Below the pieces are notes generated by a model. That model ran no database searches and had not been told where the DNA came from. It saw only the letters and a program-made list of their open reading frames with translations. DNA of 64,000 nucleotides from the human T2T-CHM13v2.0 reference genome, Homo sapiens: the NCBI RefSeq assembly GCF_009914755.1, contig NC_060927.1. One strand, given 5' to 3'. This document shows positions 34,041-48,559 of the stretch, piece after piece. The position numbers were made by a program, and so were the translations under genes. The stretch's first letter is position 1, and every line of letters starts with the position of its first letter.

Positions 34041-37000
34041 TCTTATAGTTTATTCTACTTTGCAGGTGTGTTCTGAGGGTTAAATGAGGCTTTTGACATA
34101 GGCAGCATCCTTAGTATCACACACAACTAAATACAGGGCCAACAGTTTGAAAATGGAAAAAGATATGAATGGGAAGCGCCTTGAAGGATGAAATAGGAGC
34201 CAGGCCCTGGTGCACAATACAAGTGTGGGCCCCCCCGCCCCTTTCTTACCCAGGCAACCTGATGGCCCCGGTCTGGTGTGTGGTAGGAAAAGGGGAGTGA
34301 AATCCTCAGGGTGCCATTCAACCTCAGCAGCTTCTTCCCATGCTTCCTTTCCAGCCAGATGGAGAAGCTGCAGCTCCAGACTCTTGACAGCCGCACAACT
34401 TCCAAGGCAGTGGCCCCGCGGGCTGCAAACCCCACCTTCCTGCAGTTGCAGAGCCAGCTAAGAGGTGGGCAGCATGCCAGGCCCCATCAGCAGCCCCTGG
34501 AGCACACACCAATTGCAGATGCTCAGGAGACTCGGGGGAAGGAACGGGGTTTTCACCAGAACACCACAGGCAGGACCTCCCAGCAAAGGCCTCCAGATGC
34601 TGTGAAAACCTAAGGCTCGTCCTCCTCCTGGCTTCCCAGGTTACCCAGCCACAACACACAGGTGAGAACCATCTCAAGACCTCCCCACTTTTGGGCTCCC
34701 TTACCCTGACTCATCGGTCGTCAAGGGACCAAAAGGGGTCAGTAGAGCAAGGCCCCTGCCTTCAAAGAATGCATGCATTTTTTACCTTCATATTAATTAT
34801 TGAAAAAACCGTACCTCAAATCACACCCCCAACCTCTCAGCATGAACAAGCTCCAGCAGACTTCTCCCAGCAGCCCCTCCCGCCTTTCTCTGCATGTAGG
34901 TCGGCTTTTCAGAGCTGCCATCAATGTGGACATAAAGCCCTGCTTTCCACACTCCTCCCTCCGCTTTGTATACACTTTCCCATGCATCTGGGTCAGCCTG
35001 GAGCTGAGTATTTCACAGGGCAGCAAAATATACAGAGGCATATTTTGTTTTAGAATCTTAATACCCAGAACATCTGGGTAATACTCAGACAACTGGACAG
35101 ATTCTTGCTGATGCTGCAAGTCTCCAAATACGGTCCCTTGCAGAGAGAAAATGCTGTATTTTGCATCTGTACCTAGGCACATGGGTTTTCTCAAGCATAG
35201 TGGACTTTGGAGTGTGACAGTTAGTGATTTCTCCCCGGGAAGTGGCATGACCTGTAGGAGTTACTGTTGGCTGCAGCTGCTGGTGCAGCCCAAATTATTT
35301 ATTGGTTTTGATTCGTGCACCGTTCCCTGCGTAAATTAAAATGTGACATTATTACACCCTCCGAGAGCCCATCGGCGACCTTGAGCACTCTCCCCCCACT
35401 CTGCAGCCATTATTCAGCATAATTTGACTGGTTTCAGGCAAGTTGGGAGGGTGGGAAGGGATGGGTGGGGGCAGGGGAAGGCAGAGTCCAAATTAGAAAC
35501 AGATTTAAAGAGCATTTGCAGGGAATTAGGCAGTGGGCCAGGCGCGCTTGCTGGCAGCATGTGTAACCCCTCTTTAGGGACTGTCAGCTCCTCCCAGGTT
35601 TCCACAGCGGATGTTTCCCGGCCGGAGCACAGCTGGGTTTCAGTTGTCAAACCCACAGCCAAGACATCTGAGAAGCGGGTGGAGCATCCATGTGCACGCA
35701 TGTGTCTGCACCCGGCCATATGCACACACACTCGACCCTGAGGATACTCCCAGCACAGCTCCACACATCCACACCCAAGACGGCACACTCAGGACATAGA
35801 AGGATACAGGGGCGCACAGAGAGAATCAGGACAGACACACTTACACAGGTGCACACGCAGACTCCACTTGTGCCCTGCTGACACTTTCTAAGAGGGATTC
35901 CAGAGCAGATTTCCTAATCCATCCTCCCTCCCTCCACCTCAAGTCGGGCTGTGTGACATGAGTTAGCCCCTCGACCTCTCTGAACCTCTGTGTCCTTAAC
36001 TGTTAAGAGTGAATAATGGCAGCTGCAACCGTCAAAATGGGATAATGAAGAAACATGGTGTACACTCTGCAGCTTTGTTCGGATGTGGGACAGGGCGAGC
36101 AGGATGGTGGCCGTGATCGTGAGGAAGACAGTGGTGGTGATGGTGAGGAAGACAGCAAACCTTTGGCTCATGGCCTTTCTGGAGGGGACATAAAGCACTT
36201 TGCAGTCGTGCTGCTTACTATGATGAAAAGAATGAGAGACACCCATATGGGGAGAGCAGGGCAGAGAAGGAGCAAGGCACCCTTTCCCCAGGGCCCCTGT
36301 GGTGGGGTGGGGGACAGCAGTCAGCACCAGCCTGCACAGCTCTGGGCACCTTGCTGCACAGGAAGCCTGACGCTGAGGCCTGGTCAGCTGGCCGCCCAGG
36401 AGGCCTTGGGCTGGACTGACGTGGCACTGAGGCTGCAACTACTCTCCTAGCTCTGCTCCGCCACTGCCCCTTGTTGCCCTGCCATTCCTGTCACAGTCCC
36501 TCACAGGAGCTCGGCCTTCACCCCACTCTGGGTGAGGAGTAGCTCCTCCTCCTTCTCCTCCAAGCTTCCCTCCAGCCATCCGAATTCCCAGAGTCCCACC
36601 CCTCCCTAAGTCCCTCCAGCCTTCAGATGGATCCAAAAGAACCCTTTCCTGGGAATCTACCGTGCACAAATGAGCCCTTGTTCTGGGTGCTGTGGGGAGG
36701 GGGAGGGGGGACCGGTGGTCAGAGACCAGTTGGATGTTGCCCCTGCCCCGGGGACATTCACAAGCCAGTGAAGGGATGAGCACGAAACCCCATGGGGACC
36801 CGGTCAGAAGATGCCAGGAGAGGGCACAAGCACCGGGTAGACTTTGGGAGGTCCAAGGCCAGGAAAGCATGTCCTACTGTGCAGATCAAGGCGCTCTGCA
36901 CCAAGTGACCTGTCATGGAGAGGAACGGAATGGGTGGCACCAGCACCCGAAACACACTGCTACATGGGGCTGGCCCATGGATAGCCGCGCACCTCAGAGT

Positions 37001-37099
37001 GAGCAGTGCCAGAAGCCAGGTAGATTGGGGGTGGAGGGCTGGGGGAGAGACATGAGGCAGGAAGCAGTTAGGCACCAAAGCAGGAGTTTCTAGACCTTC

Positions 37100-37900
37100 G
37101 GTCAACAAAAATTCAAGGAGCACCTGCTTGCGCTAAGTGCTGGAAATGCAGTGATGCGTAAAACACAGAGCCCGCTTCGTGGAACTTAGCATCAAGAGAG
37201 AACACTTGACATGCAGACAGGCAATGCCAGTGTCGTGGGATGCGTGCTCCCCAGGAAATGGGCTAGGCATGTGGCACTGGGGGCACAGAGGGACCATCTA
37301 ATTCAAACAGGAAAAGGGGAGGCTTCTGGAAGATGTGGACAAGAACCCAGGCTGTACGGGGAGCTCAGGAGAGCTGCCAGGTAAAGGGTAAGTGGCGGTG
37401 AAGGAGAGAGATGAGACTTAAGAGGTAAACAAGGGTCAGGCCATCCTGACAGGTCTCCCCTGGCTCACTCACTCTCACTCACATCTTCCATTCCGCAAAT
37501 GGTACGAGCAACCATTTCACAGGTCCTGTGCTGGGTGCAGAGACTGCAACGGTGAGCAAAGCAGACATGGGTGGGTTGGACAAAGGTTGTAACTGGGAAT
37601 GGAGAGAAACCGGTGGATTTGAGAGCTCACAAATCAACTGTATTTGGGCGATGGTGGTGACAGAGAGGAAATGATTTCAGATGATTCTCAGGTTTCTAGG
37701 TGGGTGCCTGGTTGGAAAAGGTGCCCCTTCCTGAGGAGGAAACACAGAAATGGCAGCATGTTGAGGGACCTAGGGGACATGCTGACAATGATGAGTCTGC
37801 ATTGGTCTTGCTTGTTTGCAGGGCTGGGACAGGGGCTAGGTGGAAACTGATGGCCATCCAGATGAGAGCAGATCCCCAGATGAAGATACAGGGAGCAGTG
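37100..37900 (-). mobile_element. L2 fragments
   Basis: TCAACAAAAATTCAAGGAGCACCTGC..., GATGATTCTCAGGTTTCTAGG... Confidence 0.6.
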
Positions 37901-39437
37901 GCAAGAAGGTGGCAAGAGATTGGCTGCCCAAACCCCAGTTAAGAGGAGTAGGGGTTAGGAAAGAATTCCAGCCCGAGCTGGGGATCTAGAGTGCTGAAGG
38001 CAAAAAGCCAGCCTATTCCAGGTGCCTCAGGTACCAGGATTGTGACAACAAAACAATGCCAGCCCCTTCTTGCTGGTGGACTGGTCAGGCCCAGCTGCAG
38101 GAACCCTCTGTCTGGATGAAGCTTGCACAGCGGAACACCACCAGCACCTACATGGCATATTCTCCTGTACGTTAGGCTTCCCCCACCACCACCACTAGAT
38201 CCCACACAGCACTTGGCACAGGGTTGGTCAGATAGTAAGTGCTCAATTAATACTCTCCTGGGAGCAGATAGACTTTCAGCCAAAAGCAGGAGACTCCAGT
38301 GATGAATGCAGCATTAGACCCTTACTGGGCCCTCACTGAGTTGCCTTTGAATTGAATTGGAGCTGCTGGTCTCCTTTAACCACATTAGGAGAAAGCCCCA
38401 TTTATTAAATACCTTCTCCCCGCCCTCCATAAAGATGGCAGTCTTCAGTGACAACCTTTAGTCTCTAGAGTTTAGGTCAGAGACTTCAGCTTACACTCTT
38501 TGAAACCCCAGGCATTTGACCTACAACTGGATTCCCTAAAATACTGCCATGTTGATGAAGTCCAGGCTGACTGTTTAAAATAAATACTCACATTCAGGCT
38601 GAAATTGAAGTCCGGGAACAAATGAGAACAGATAATCAATCAGAGATGGAAAGAAAGCATTTTCTGTGCTAACGTGGACCCCCTTGGGAGGGGCCTCATT
38701 TGAACAGGGAAGTTTCAGAAGCGTATACCAAAGAAAGACTATTTAATCAGCGAAGAGGACAACGTGGAAGGCAAACCTAGAGTGACTGGGTCATGATTTT
38801 TCCTGCTGAAAAGCAGGTGGATGCTCATAACATGGGGTAGATCTCATACAACAGGACAGAAAGGCTATGCGTGGCCAGCTGCAGGAGTGCCCTACTCAGA
38901 AGCACAGTCTCCTCCCCTGCACATCACGGTGCGTGTCCTGCACTGGCACCTCAGAGCCGCCACCCCTGCCATTCACTATGGCACAAGGCACAGCGTCAGG
39001 GCTCCTCCTTCAATCCCAGGGCCATCCTTACCCAGCAAGTCTCAGCTCGGCTGGTCTTCTAAGGCTGGTAACGAGGTAACTGAGAGGGAAGTGACTTGCC
39101 CCAGATCTCCAGTTTAATGGTGGCAAAGCTGAGATAAGAACCCTGGTCTCTGAGTCCAGCTCTGATGCTGCTCCCCATTTGTGCTGTGAAGAGGAACTGC
39201 AAGCAAACTCAAGCTCATCCATCTATGTTTCTCTCCAAACAGAAAATTCTTTATTCCTTGTCATCATCTCTATCACTCTCCAAGGAATAGATCTATCTTG
39301 AGTCATGATTAGGATGTATTTTGTGTATACAGAAAGAATATTAGAGAAACGACAATAGACAGAGGCGTGGATTCCACGGCATAAATACTTCACACTTCTG
39401 GTTAACTGCAAGTCAAATTTTGGCCTTGTTCAATTTA

Positions 39438-39824
<387 letters not shown>

Positions 39825-39990
39825 TTATTTTATTTTTAAAAATAAAAAAAATTAAGTATCACATAATTGGATTCACAAATAGATTTGCATTAAAATATTC
39901 AACTTAATATTTTCCATTTCAAAAACAATAAAGTAAATGGAAAAAGTATCTTAAAAAGAATCACAAAAATATCTCTTTATCTCTTTTCAG

Positions 39991-40116
39991 ATGCTGGGTC
40001 TGGGACGGCTCCACTGGAACCTGAGATGACCTGAGGGTGTCCCAGTGATATAACATATGAGGAAAGCAGAAACAACTAAGAAATAGACTCTGAATGTGGC
40101 AGATTCTAGAACTGAG
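39991..40116 (+). other. Candidate non-coding internal exon (126 nt)
   Basis: Acceptor CTCTTTATCTCTTTTCAG| and donor GAG|GTGAGC; stops in all three frames. Confidence 0.4.
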
Positions 40117-41274
40117 GTGAGCAGCTAGGACTTGCCTGACATGCCCACTGGGAGTACGGTGCTAGCAGCCTGAGAACAGAGCCCAGCCGCCACGCCACCA
40201 GGATGGGAGTGGGCCCGGCGGACTTCCTGCCTTTTGGTCAGACAGACTGCCTTCCTGAATTACTAGGTCCAGGAAGTGTGGTGACGGGGTGGGGGCGGGT
40301 GGAGAGGTTGCACGTGTCACTTACCACCCCCATACGGCCCTCTTCCTGACTGTCGCCTCCCTTCCTCGCTTACAGACCAGTTACTTAATCTGCCACATGA
40401 CGAGATGGTATCTGGGATCTCTAACGGCTCTGAAATCCCACAATTCTATAACTGGTCTTAGACACAAGACCAGTAAGAGATAGGCGAACCCCGGCCCCGC
40501 CCCACAGTTTGCTCCATGTGATACACAGTTCACACTGAGTGCTAGCAGTAGGGGAAGAAACAGTAGCTGCTCTGTGTTGAGCACTGAGCCTGCACTGAGC
40601 AAGGTGATGTGTGTTTCTAGGCATCGTCACATTCTGTGCCCATGTGGGTGCTCCTAGCACCAGTCAGAAGATAGAGCTTAAACAGGTGGAGTAAGTTGCC
40701 CAAAGGCCAGCCCCAGTTTCCCTGAATCTCATCATGCTGGACACTGGACTATTTCTGGAGGTTTAAGGCTGAGAAAATCTAAGTCTGTATCCCCTCACAC
40801 TCCTCCTTACACTGGTGTCCCTGGGAGAAACCTCGACATTACTCCCAACCTCGCTTCTCCCCAAGAGCAGGATGATTTGTGTAACTCATGAGTTTGGGAG
40901 AAAACCCGCACCTGTGGGGCTCGATCCCTCTGCCTCTTGGAGCAGAAGGCGGCCTTCTGTGCTGGGCTCCGTCCTGGGGGAGGTCCGCAGCTGGCCATCT
41001 GCGCCAGGCCCTAGCAGATAATAAAGCTTATCTGTCCCAGGTGTGATGTATTAGCAAGCCTGCCTGGCCGTACCTCAAGCTGCATTTTCCTCCAATTTGC
41101 CAAGAAAGGGGACACTTTCTCTCAGTTGGTTCTGGACTCTGAAAGAAGAAAGGGTGTTGTTATTCATCCGGTTTCCTAGAGCCCCACCATATGGACACCT
41201 GGTGCAGCCCTGAAGGGAGGGATGGCAGCAGGTTTAGGGATGGAGACATCTCAGAGCCAGAAGAGACCTTCTAG

Positions 41275-41465
41275 CAGCCCAGCAGAAATATAATGAAGCC
41301 ACACAGGTGACTGTAAATTCCCTAGCAACAATATTAACAAATAGAAGCAGGAAAAATTAATTATAGTAATACATTTTACTTAGTTCAATAGAGCAGATGA
41401 TCATTTCAATATGTGCTCAGAGTGCAGTGTGGCTAACGGCTTCTGTCATGGACAGTACAGCCTTA
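41275..41465. mobile_element. MER33/MER3-like hAT-Charlie relic
   Basis: GAAATATAATGAAGCCACA...CATTTCAATATGTG...GTGGCTAACGGCTTCTGTCATGGACAGTACAG. Confidence 0.55.
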
Positions 41466-42353
41466 GGGCCTCCTATGCCTGAGAGGGTCTGCTCCCTTTG
41501 ACAATGTCCCAGTGCAAAGACTTCCAGGTGTGAAGAGGTCTCAACCTTCTGAATCACTCCATTTAGTGGTGGGCATTTCTGGTTGTTAGAAACACCTCAT
41601 CCTCCATTGGTCTCCACCCCCACTCAACTTGCTTCCATCTCTCTGAGAGACAGTCAGAACGGAACACATTCCTCTAGAAAGGTCCTCAGTCTTTTCTGAA
41701 ATGCCTATCTCCTGTCTTTCACAGGCTGCTGCCTCCCTGTGTCATTGCCCAACATTGGTATTCTTTGGTGGGACAAAGTTTTGGTGTTTTTCTCACTTGA
41801 GAATATTATATTTATAACAGTTGTGGACACATGTTGTTTTTTAACTACCCAGCATCCAGTCTTCCTAATTTAGAAGAACCCCAAAATAGGTGAAAAGTAC
41901 AACCCCACCTCTGATCCCGCCTCTGACCCCGCCTCCTGTCACAGAGGCGGAAGAGGAGCAGATCTTCACTTTCCACACCTCAAGGTACTCAGCCAATCAC
42001 CTGTTCATGCCTGAGATTGTGAATCCAATAGGAAAGTACAAGGACATGGAGATTGTCAGAGCTGTTGTATGATGGTGGCAGCAGAGTCAAGAGTCCAGCG
42101 GAGAGGCAGCAAGCATCCCAAGGATCCCATGACTGAGAACCAGCTTCTGTGGTTTAGAAGCAAGGCGCCAACTGGTATGAGAAGCACAGACAGATGGTGC
42201 CCTGGGAACACTGGCTGTCACGTGCTGGAGGAGGTTCCTCAGCAAGTCACCTTCCCTCCATGGGCCTCTGTTGGAAAGAAGGCATCAAGATCATTCCAGC
42301 TATGATTCCTGAGCTTTTAATATATTCTTTCTGATGATTAAGAAATATATCTG

Positions 42354-42682
<329 letters not shown>

Positions 42683-43149
42683 TCAGACATTTTACTACAG
42701 ATCTTGAAAACAGCTCTCCAAAACTAACTCCAGATCCACCCTGGGGTTCTCAACTCCACATGGTTTTCTAAAATTGAGACCAAGACTAAGATGAAGAGCT
42801 ATGCCTCGCCCTGATGCTGCCAGGACTACTGTTCCCATGACTACCTTGAGGTGCAGGCTGAGACCCTGGGTGTCTGTGGTGGCAGAGTACAGCAGAGGAG
42901 TTGGAGTCAAAGCAGTTTGGATCCTCATCCCAGCTGGGCCTCCTGATGTTGGAGGGCCCTGGACAAAGGGTTTTCATTTGCTGGGTCTCAGTTCTCCACA
43001 TGGACAACAATGCACTGTATGAGTTTTAAGGTTCTTTTCAGTTCTGACTCTCTGTGAGTCTGAATCCAGTAGGAGCTATTATTTCCTTGATTCCTCCTTA
43101 CTGTTTTGTTCCCTTCTTCTCTGGTTTCTGTATTAAAACTTTATATGTT

Positions 43150-43566
43150 TATGAATGGATAATCAAAATGTGGTATATCCATATCATGGAATATTATACA
43201 GCCATGAAAAGGAATGAAGTACTGATGCATGCTACAACATGGATGAACCTTAAAAACACTAGGCTAAGTGAAAGAAGCCAGTCTCCAAAGACCATATGTG
43301 GTATGATTTCATTGATATGAAATGCTCAGAATAGGCAGATTTGTAGTGACAGAAAGTACATTAGTGGCTGCCTAGGGCTAGGAAGAGATGAGGAGTGACT
43401 CTCAATGAGTACAGGATTTCTTTTGGAAGTGATGAAAATGTTCAAAAATTGATTGCAGTGATGGCTGTACAACTCTGTGAATATATGAAAAACCCTTGAA
43501 TTATACAATTGAAATTGGTGAATTGTATGGTATATGAATTGTATCTGAATAAAGCTGTTAAAAAAA
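43150..43566 (+). mobile_element. L1MB 3' end
   Basis: GAATGGATAATCAAAATGTGGTATATCCAT...GAATAAAGCTGTTAAAAAA. Confidence 0.9.
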
Positions 43567-43908
43567 CGGGGAAGAAGTTTAAGAGAAATCCAATATATTT
43601 TAAAGCTCTGCTCATGGCATTGGAGGTTAGCCTTGAAAATTAAATCCACTCACAGTCCAACAATTCTATGTTGTTTGGGTTTTTAAATTTTTCCCTATTA
43701 TTAAATTGATTCATTTGAATGTAACTACTTTAAAATCACCCCTTCTCCGAAGGTCTAATTAGCAGTCTAATGGGATCAGAAAAAGGAAAAATGGGATCTG
43801 ACAAGTTTCTATGCTTGATTCCAGAGAGTTCATTGAGGTAGTTTCTCTTTTCTCTAGACTCTTTTGTTAGATTCTACTGGAAATCCTATCTGAAGAATTA
43901 TTATAGAA

Positions 43909-44076
43909 CAGTGCAGCTCATACTTTAATGTGCACACAAATAACGTGGAGATCTTGTTAAAATACAGATTCTAACTTAGGAGGTCTGGGGTGGGGCCTTG
44001 GAGTCTTGAACCTCTGACAAGCTCCCCATCGATGCTGATGCTGCTGGCCCATGGACCACACTGCAAGCTGCCAGGC
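43909..44076. mobile_element. MER5A DNA transposon relic
   Basis: CTTGTTAAAATACAGATTC...GATGCTGATGCTGCTGGCCCATGGACCACACTG. Confidence 0.8.
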
Positions 44077-44084
44077 TCCAGAAC

Positions 44085-44625
<541 letters not shown>

Positions 44626-44771
44626 TATTTGTGAAAGAGACTGGTAGCACCCCTCTCTCAATTATTCAACTCCCCTTTTTCCTTAATAACAGATTTCCAG
44701 CTGGGCAAATGGTAGCCACATGGAATAAAGACTATATTCCCCAGCTTCCCTTCCAGCTAGGTGAGACCATG

Positions 44772-45177
44772 TGATATAGTTTGGACATTTACCCCAGCCC
44801 AAATCTCCTGTTGAATTGTAATCCCCATTGCTGGAAATGAGGCCTGGTGGAAGGTGTTTGGACCACGGGGGCAGATCCCTCATGGCTTTTGGTGCTGTCT
44901 CCGTGATAGCGAGTTCTCACGAGATCTGGTCATTTAAAATCATGTGCTCCCCCTCACCCCGCCCACTCTCTCTCTCTTGCTCCTGTTTTCTCCATGTGAA
45001 GTGCCTGCTCCAGCTCTGCCTTCTGCCATGACTGTAAGGTTCCTGAGGCCCCTCCAAAAGCAGATGCTACTATACTTCTTGTATAGCCTGCAGAACCATG
45101 AGCCAGCTCAACCTCTTTCCTTATTATAAACCCAGTCTTGTGTATTTCTTTACAGCAATGCAAGAACAGCCTAATAA
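44772..45177 (+). mobile_element. MaLR solo LTR (MSTA/MSTB-like) nested in an older ERVL-type LTR
   Basis: TGATATAGTTTGGA...CAAATCTCCTGTTGAATTGTAATCCCC...GCAATGCAAGAACAGCCTAATA. Confidence 0.85.
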
Positions 45178-45459
45178 GCTGTGTGACTAATCACTGCATG
45201 AAACGGAGGGAGAGAGTTGTGCAGCTTCCAAGAACCTTCCTTAAGAGATTATGTCAGTTCACCCCTTGCCTTCTTCTTCTTCATTCCTTCCTCCATCCTG
45301 CTGACTAGAATGAAGAGATGTTGTCATCTTGGACCATGAGGTCAAGGCCATGAGTGGACCAACAGGATGTAAATGTCATGAGGGCAGGGATTTTGTCTGT
45401 TCCCCATTCCCCAGCTGCTGTGACCCCAATGCCTAGTCGGTGCTAAATAAATATTTGCT

Positions 45460-45558
45460 AAGTGAATGAATGAACGAACAAGCCTGGGAGTCCGATACTG
45501 GGGAGGCAAAGTGAATGAATGAACGAACAAGCCTGGGAGTCCGATACTGGGGAGGCAA
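45460..45558. repeat. Perfect 49-bp tandem duplication
   Basis: AAGTGAATGAATGAACGAACAAGCCTGGGAGTCCGATACTGGGGAGGCA x2. Confidence 0.95.
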
Positions 45559-45929
45559 TGTCAGCCCCAGACCACCCACCTGGACTTTTACATGAGTGAG
45601 AACCAAACTTCTACCTTGTTTAAACCAACCCTAATCCTATCAATACAATTTTTAAAAGTCCTATCATTGTTTTAGGCCATATAAAGTCTACCTAAAATGT
45701 TAAGCTAAACCTCGGTAAATTGAATCACATTTCCAATGCATTGTGATATTCATTTTTTAATGTTGTGGATTATTTTACAGAGCCAAAATCCATCCACTTG
45801 TATGTTTAATAAGTTTAGGTTTTAGTAATTTGGGTTTCTAAAACCAAAATCCACTTCCAAGAGTACTTTCTTACTAACAATGCAAAGCACTGTAAAAATT
45901 CAATCCAGCAATGATTTTCTTAACAGCCC

Positions 45930-45994
45930 TAGAATGTAATATAAGTGTTATTAGAATGTAATATAAGTGTTATTAGAATGTAATATAAGAGTTA
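45930..45994. repeat. 22-bp tandem repeat, ~3 copies
   Basis: TAGAATGTAATATAAGTGTTAT at 45930, 45952 and 45974. Confidence 0.93.
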
Positions 45995-48338
45995 GTATCA
46001 AAGGCAGCATCTTACAAGATAGAGATGAGCTAATTTCCTTTCCCAACTCAGGGAAAATTTTCCATTTTCATTCTGTGCCCATTACACTTCACTGCTCTTA
46101 AATTGAATAAGAAGTTTACATCGGAGACTAGGAGTTTACATAGGAGTGGCAGATTTTAAGCAAAAACAAGTGTTTTTTGCTTTTTAAGAAAAACATTTCA
46201 TTTCATTCTCTCAAGTTTTCAGCCCTGCTGACCTCTGAGAAGAATTACACCTTTATACATTGCTTTCTTAAAGGAAAAAAAAAAAAACTTTGAAAAAAAA
46301 AAGGGCTTGATTAATTAACTTTGGTATGCAAACCGGTGGGGGTAAAAGTTCAGTCAACACTGTGCAGAGCACCATGTCCGCATCTCCTATTCTCAGGAGA
46401 ACAAGAGGAGCCGGCAGGATTTCAGTGAACCTGGAGAGGGCAGGTTGGACTACTGGCAGGGCTGGGGGTGAGGGTGGGGAGAGGCAAACAGAGAGACCAG
46501 GATGGACCAACCCTAGGTGTTTGCACTTGCGACCTTTCTCAAGGGCAACGAGAGTTACTATCACCTGTCACAGGAGGACACAGAGGACACCAATGTGATT
46601 TTTCACCCTTCCTGTAGCCTGGAGGCCTTGTTCTTCATTCCAAACTCACTGGACTGAGGGCTTTGAGGTCACAGAGGCCAAAAATCAGTTGTGGGTCATG
46701 TTTGTCTCATGAGCGGTCACACACTGACACGCCAGTGAATGCCAGCTTCCACTGGAGGCTCCTGGGGCTGCAAGGCTCTGTTCTGTGACACAAGAGGAAC
46801 CCCAGAAGGCCACTTGACTCCAGTACAGCATCCTTACTTGCCACACCATTACCCTTCCAGGCTGGAAGCCTCATGTTTGCCATGAGCCCATTGCCTGGGT
46901 ATTTCTGATCAAGGAAGCTTTTTATCAGAAGGCATCTGATATCTAAGTTTCCTTTTAGTTGAAAAAAAAAAAAACTTTTCTCAAAATATACCATTGGTAC
47001 AGATTTTCAGAGCTGAATTCCAAACAGAACTGAGTAACATGCCTTTAAACAACGTGTTTAAAAACTCTGGAGTCACAAGATACATTTAATGACTGATTTG
47101 TGATATCTTGCAGAAGACGGAAATTCTGGAAGGGAGACGAGACATAAATAGCATTAAAGTGCAAGAGATAAGAATATATATAGTGAGATCCATCTGCGAG
47201 GCTAAAAATCATGTGCCAAGCAAAGAATGCCAAAGGATGGAGCTGGAAAAACCAGTGGAGAAGGCTCTGGACATGAAACTGGACATTGGCCTACTGTGAA
47301 TGGGGAGCCATTGATTATTATAGAGGCTGAGCAGGACAGAACCAGATTTTTTTCTTGAAACATAAATCAAATGACAAAGTGGATAAATGGATGGCGTAGA
47401 GAGCTACGAGAAGCAGCTACTGCAAGGGCACAGATGCAAAACTCGGAGCAGGCAGGACCATGGAGCTGCTCGGAAATGGTGGCTACTTTGATGGTTGCTG
47501 GTCCTGAGGTGAAGGGAGCAATTCTGATGCAGAGGACGTTCAGGTTTCTGGCTTGAGACCTTGGGAGATGGAGAAGAAAGAGCAGTTTGAGAGGCGGAGG
47601 GTGAAGATGAAGAGGTCATTTTGGACAGTGTGTTTAGGTGCCTACAAGAGTGGCAATGGAGGAGACACTTTGGCAAGACTGCCTGGGTTTATAGGAGCCT
47701 CCTTTTTCCAGATTAAGGGCTATCTTTCCACTTATTCCCACAGTATCTTCACGTGTCACAGGGCAAGAAGATGCTGAGGCCCAACCTGGAACTTGACCCT
47801 CAGCGCAAGTGGCTTTCAGTAGTAACAATGCATTCTTCCAGGTAGCAATTCCCACCACCTCATCAGCACCTACTGTGTACCCAGCCCTGGGCCCCAAGCT
47901 TTCCACTCTCTGTTTATCCTATGACAACCCTTTGAGTGAGGTATCACCGCATATCTCAAATGGGCAAACTGAGAGCTAAGACTGAAAGAGCCAGTTACAT
48001 GCCCAAGTTTTCACAGCTAGAAAGCGGCAGAACTGGTGCTCAAACCAGGCCTATGCGTTCCCTTCTATGAGACTGCACTCACCGCATTATATCACCGCAG
48101 GCAAAGGTCAGAACGGAAGCCTAACCAGTTCTATAACGGTATCATTTGCAAAACTCATTCATTCATACATTGAATTAACACTGAACTCCTATTAATATAT
48201 AGGAGCTAGAAGGGTATATGTACTAATATATCTACAAAATATAAATGTGGTCAACCTGACATGGGTGCTGGGGTAGAGATAATGCTTGCGATTGCATAAG
48301 CAAAAATAACAGTTTTGGCCTTCGAGGAGTTCTAAAGC

Positions 48339-48559
48339 AGTGGTCAGCAAACTATGGCCTGGGGGCCAATTCTGGCTCATTACCTGTTTTTGTGAATAAA
48401 GTTTTATTGGAATCACAGCCATGTTCATTCATTTACATATTGTCTATGGCCACTTCTGTACCGCAATGTCAAAGTTGAGTGGATGCCACAGAGATCATAA
48501 TGTCCCATAAAGCTTAAAATATTTATCTATCCCTTTATTTTAAAAACTGCCGATTCCAG
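48339..48559 (+). mobile_element. MER58A-like DNA transposon relic
   Basis: CAGTGGTCAGCAAACTATGGCC...AATAAAGTTTTATTGGAATCACAGCCATGTTCATTCATTTACATATTGTCTATGGC. Confidence 0.85.
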
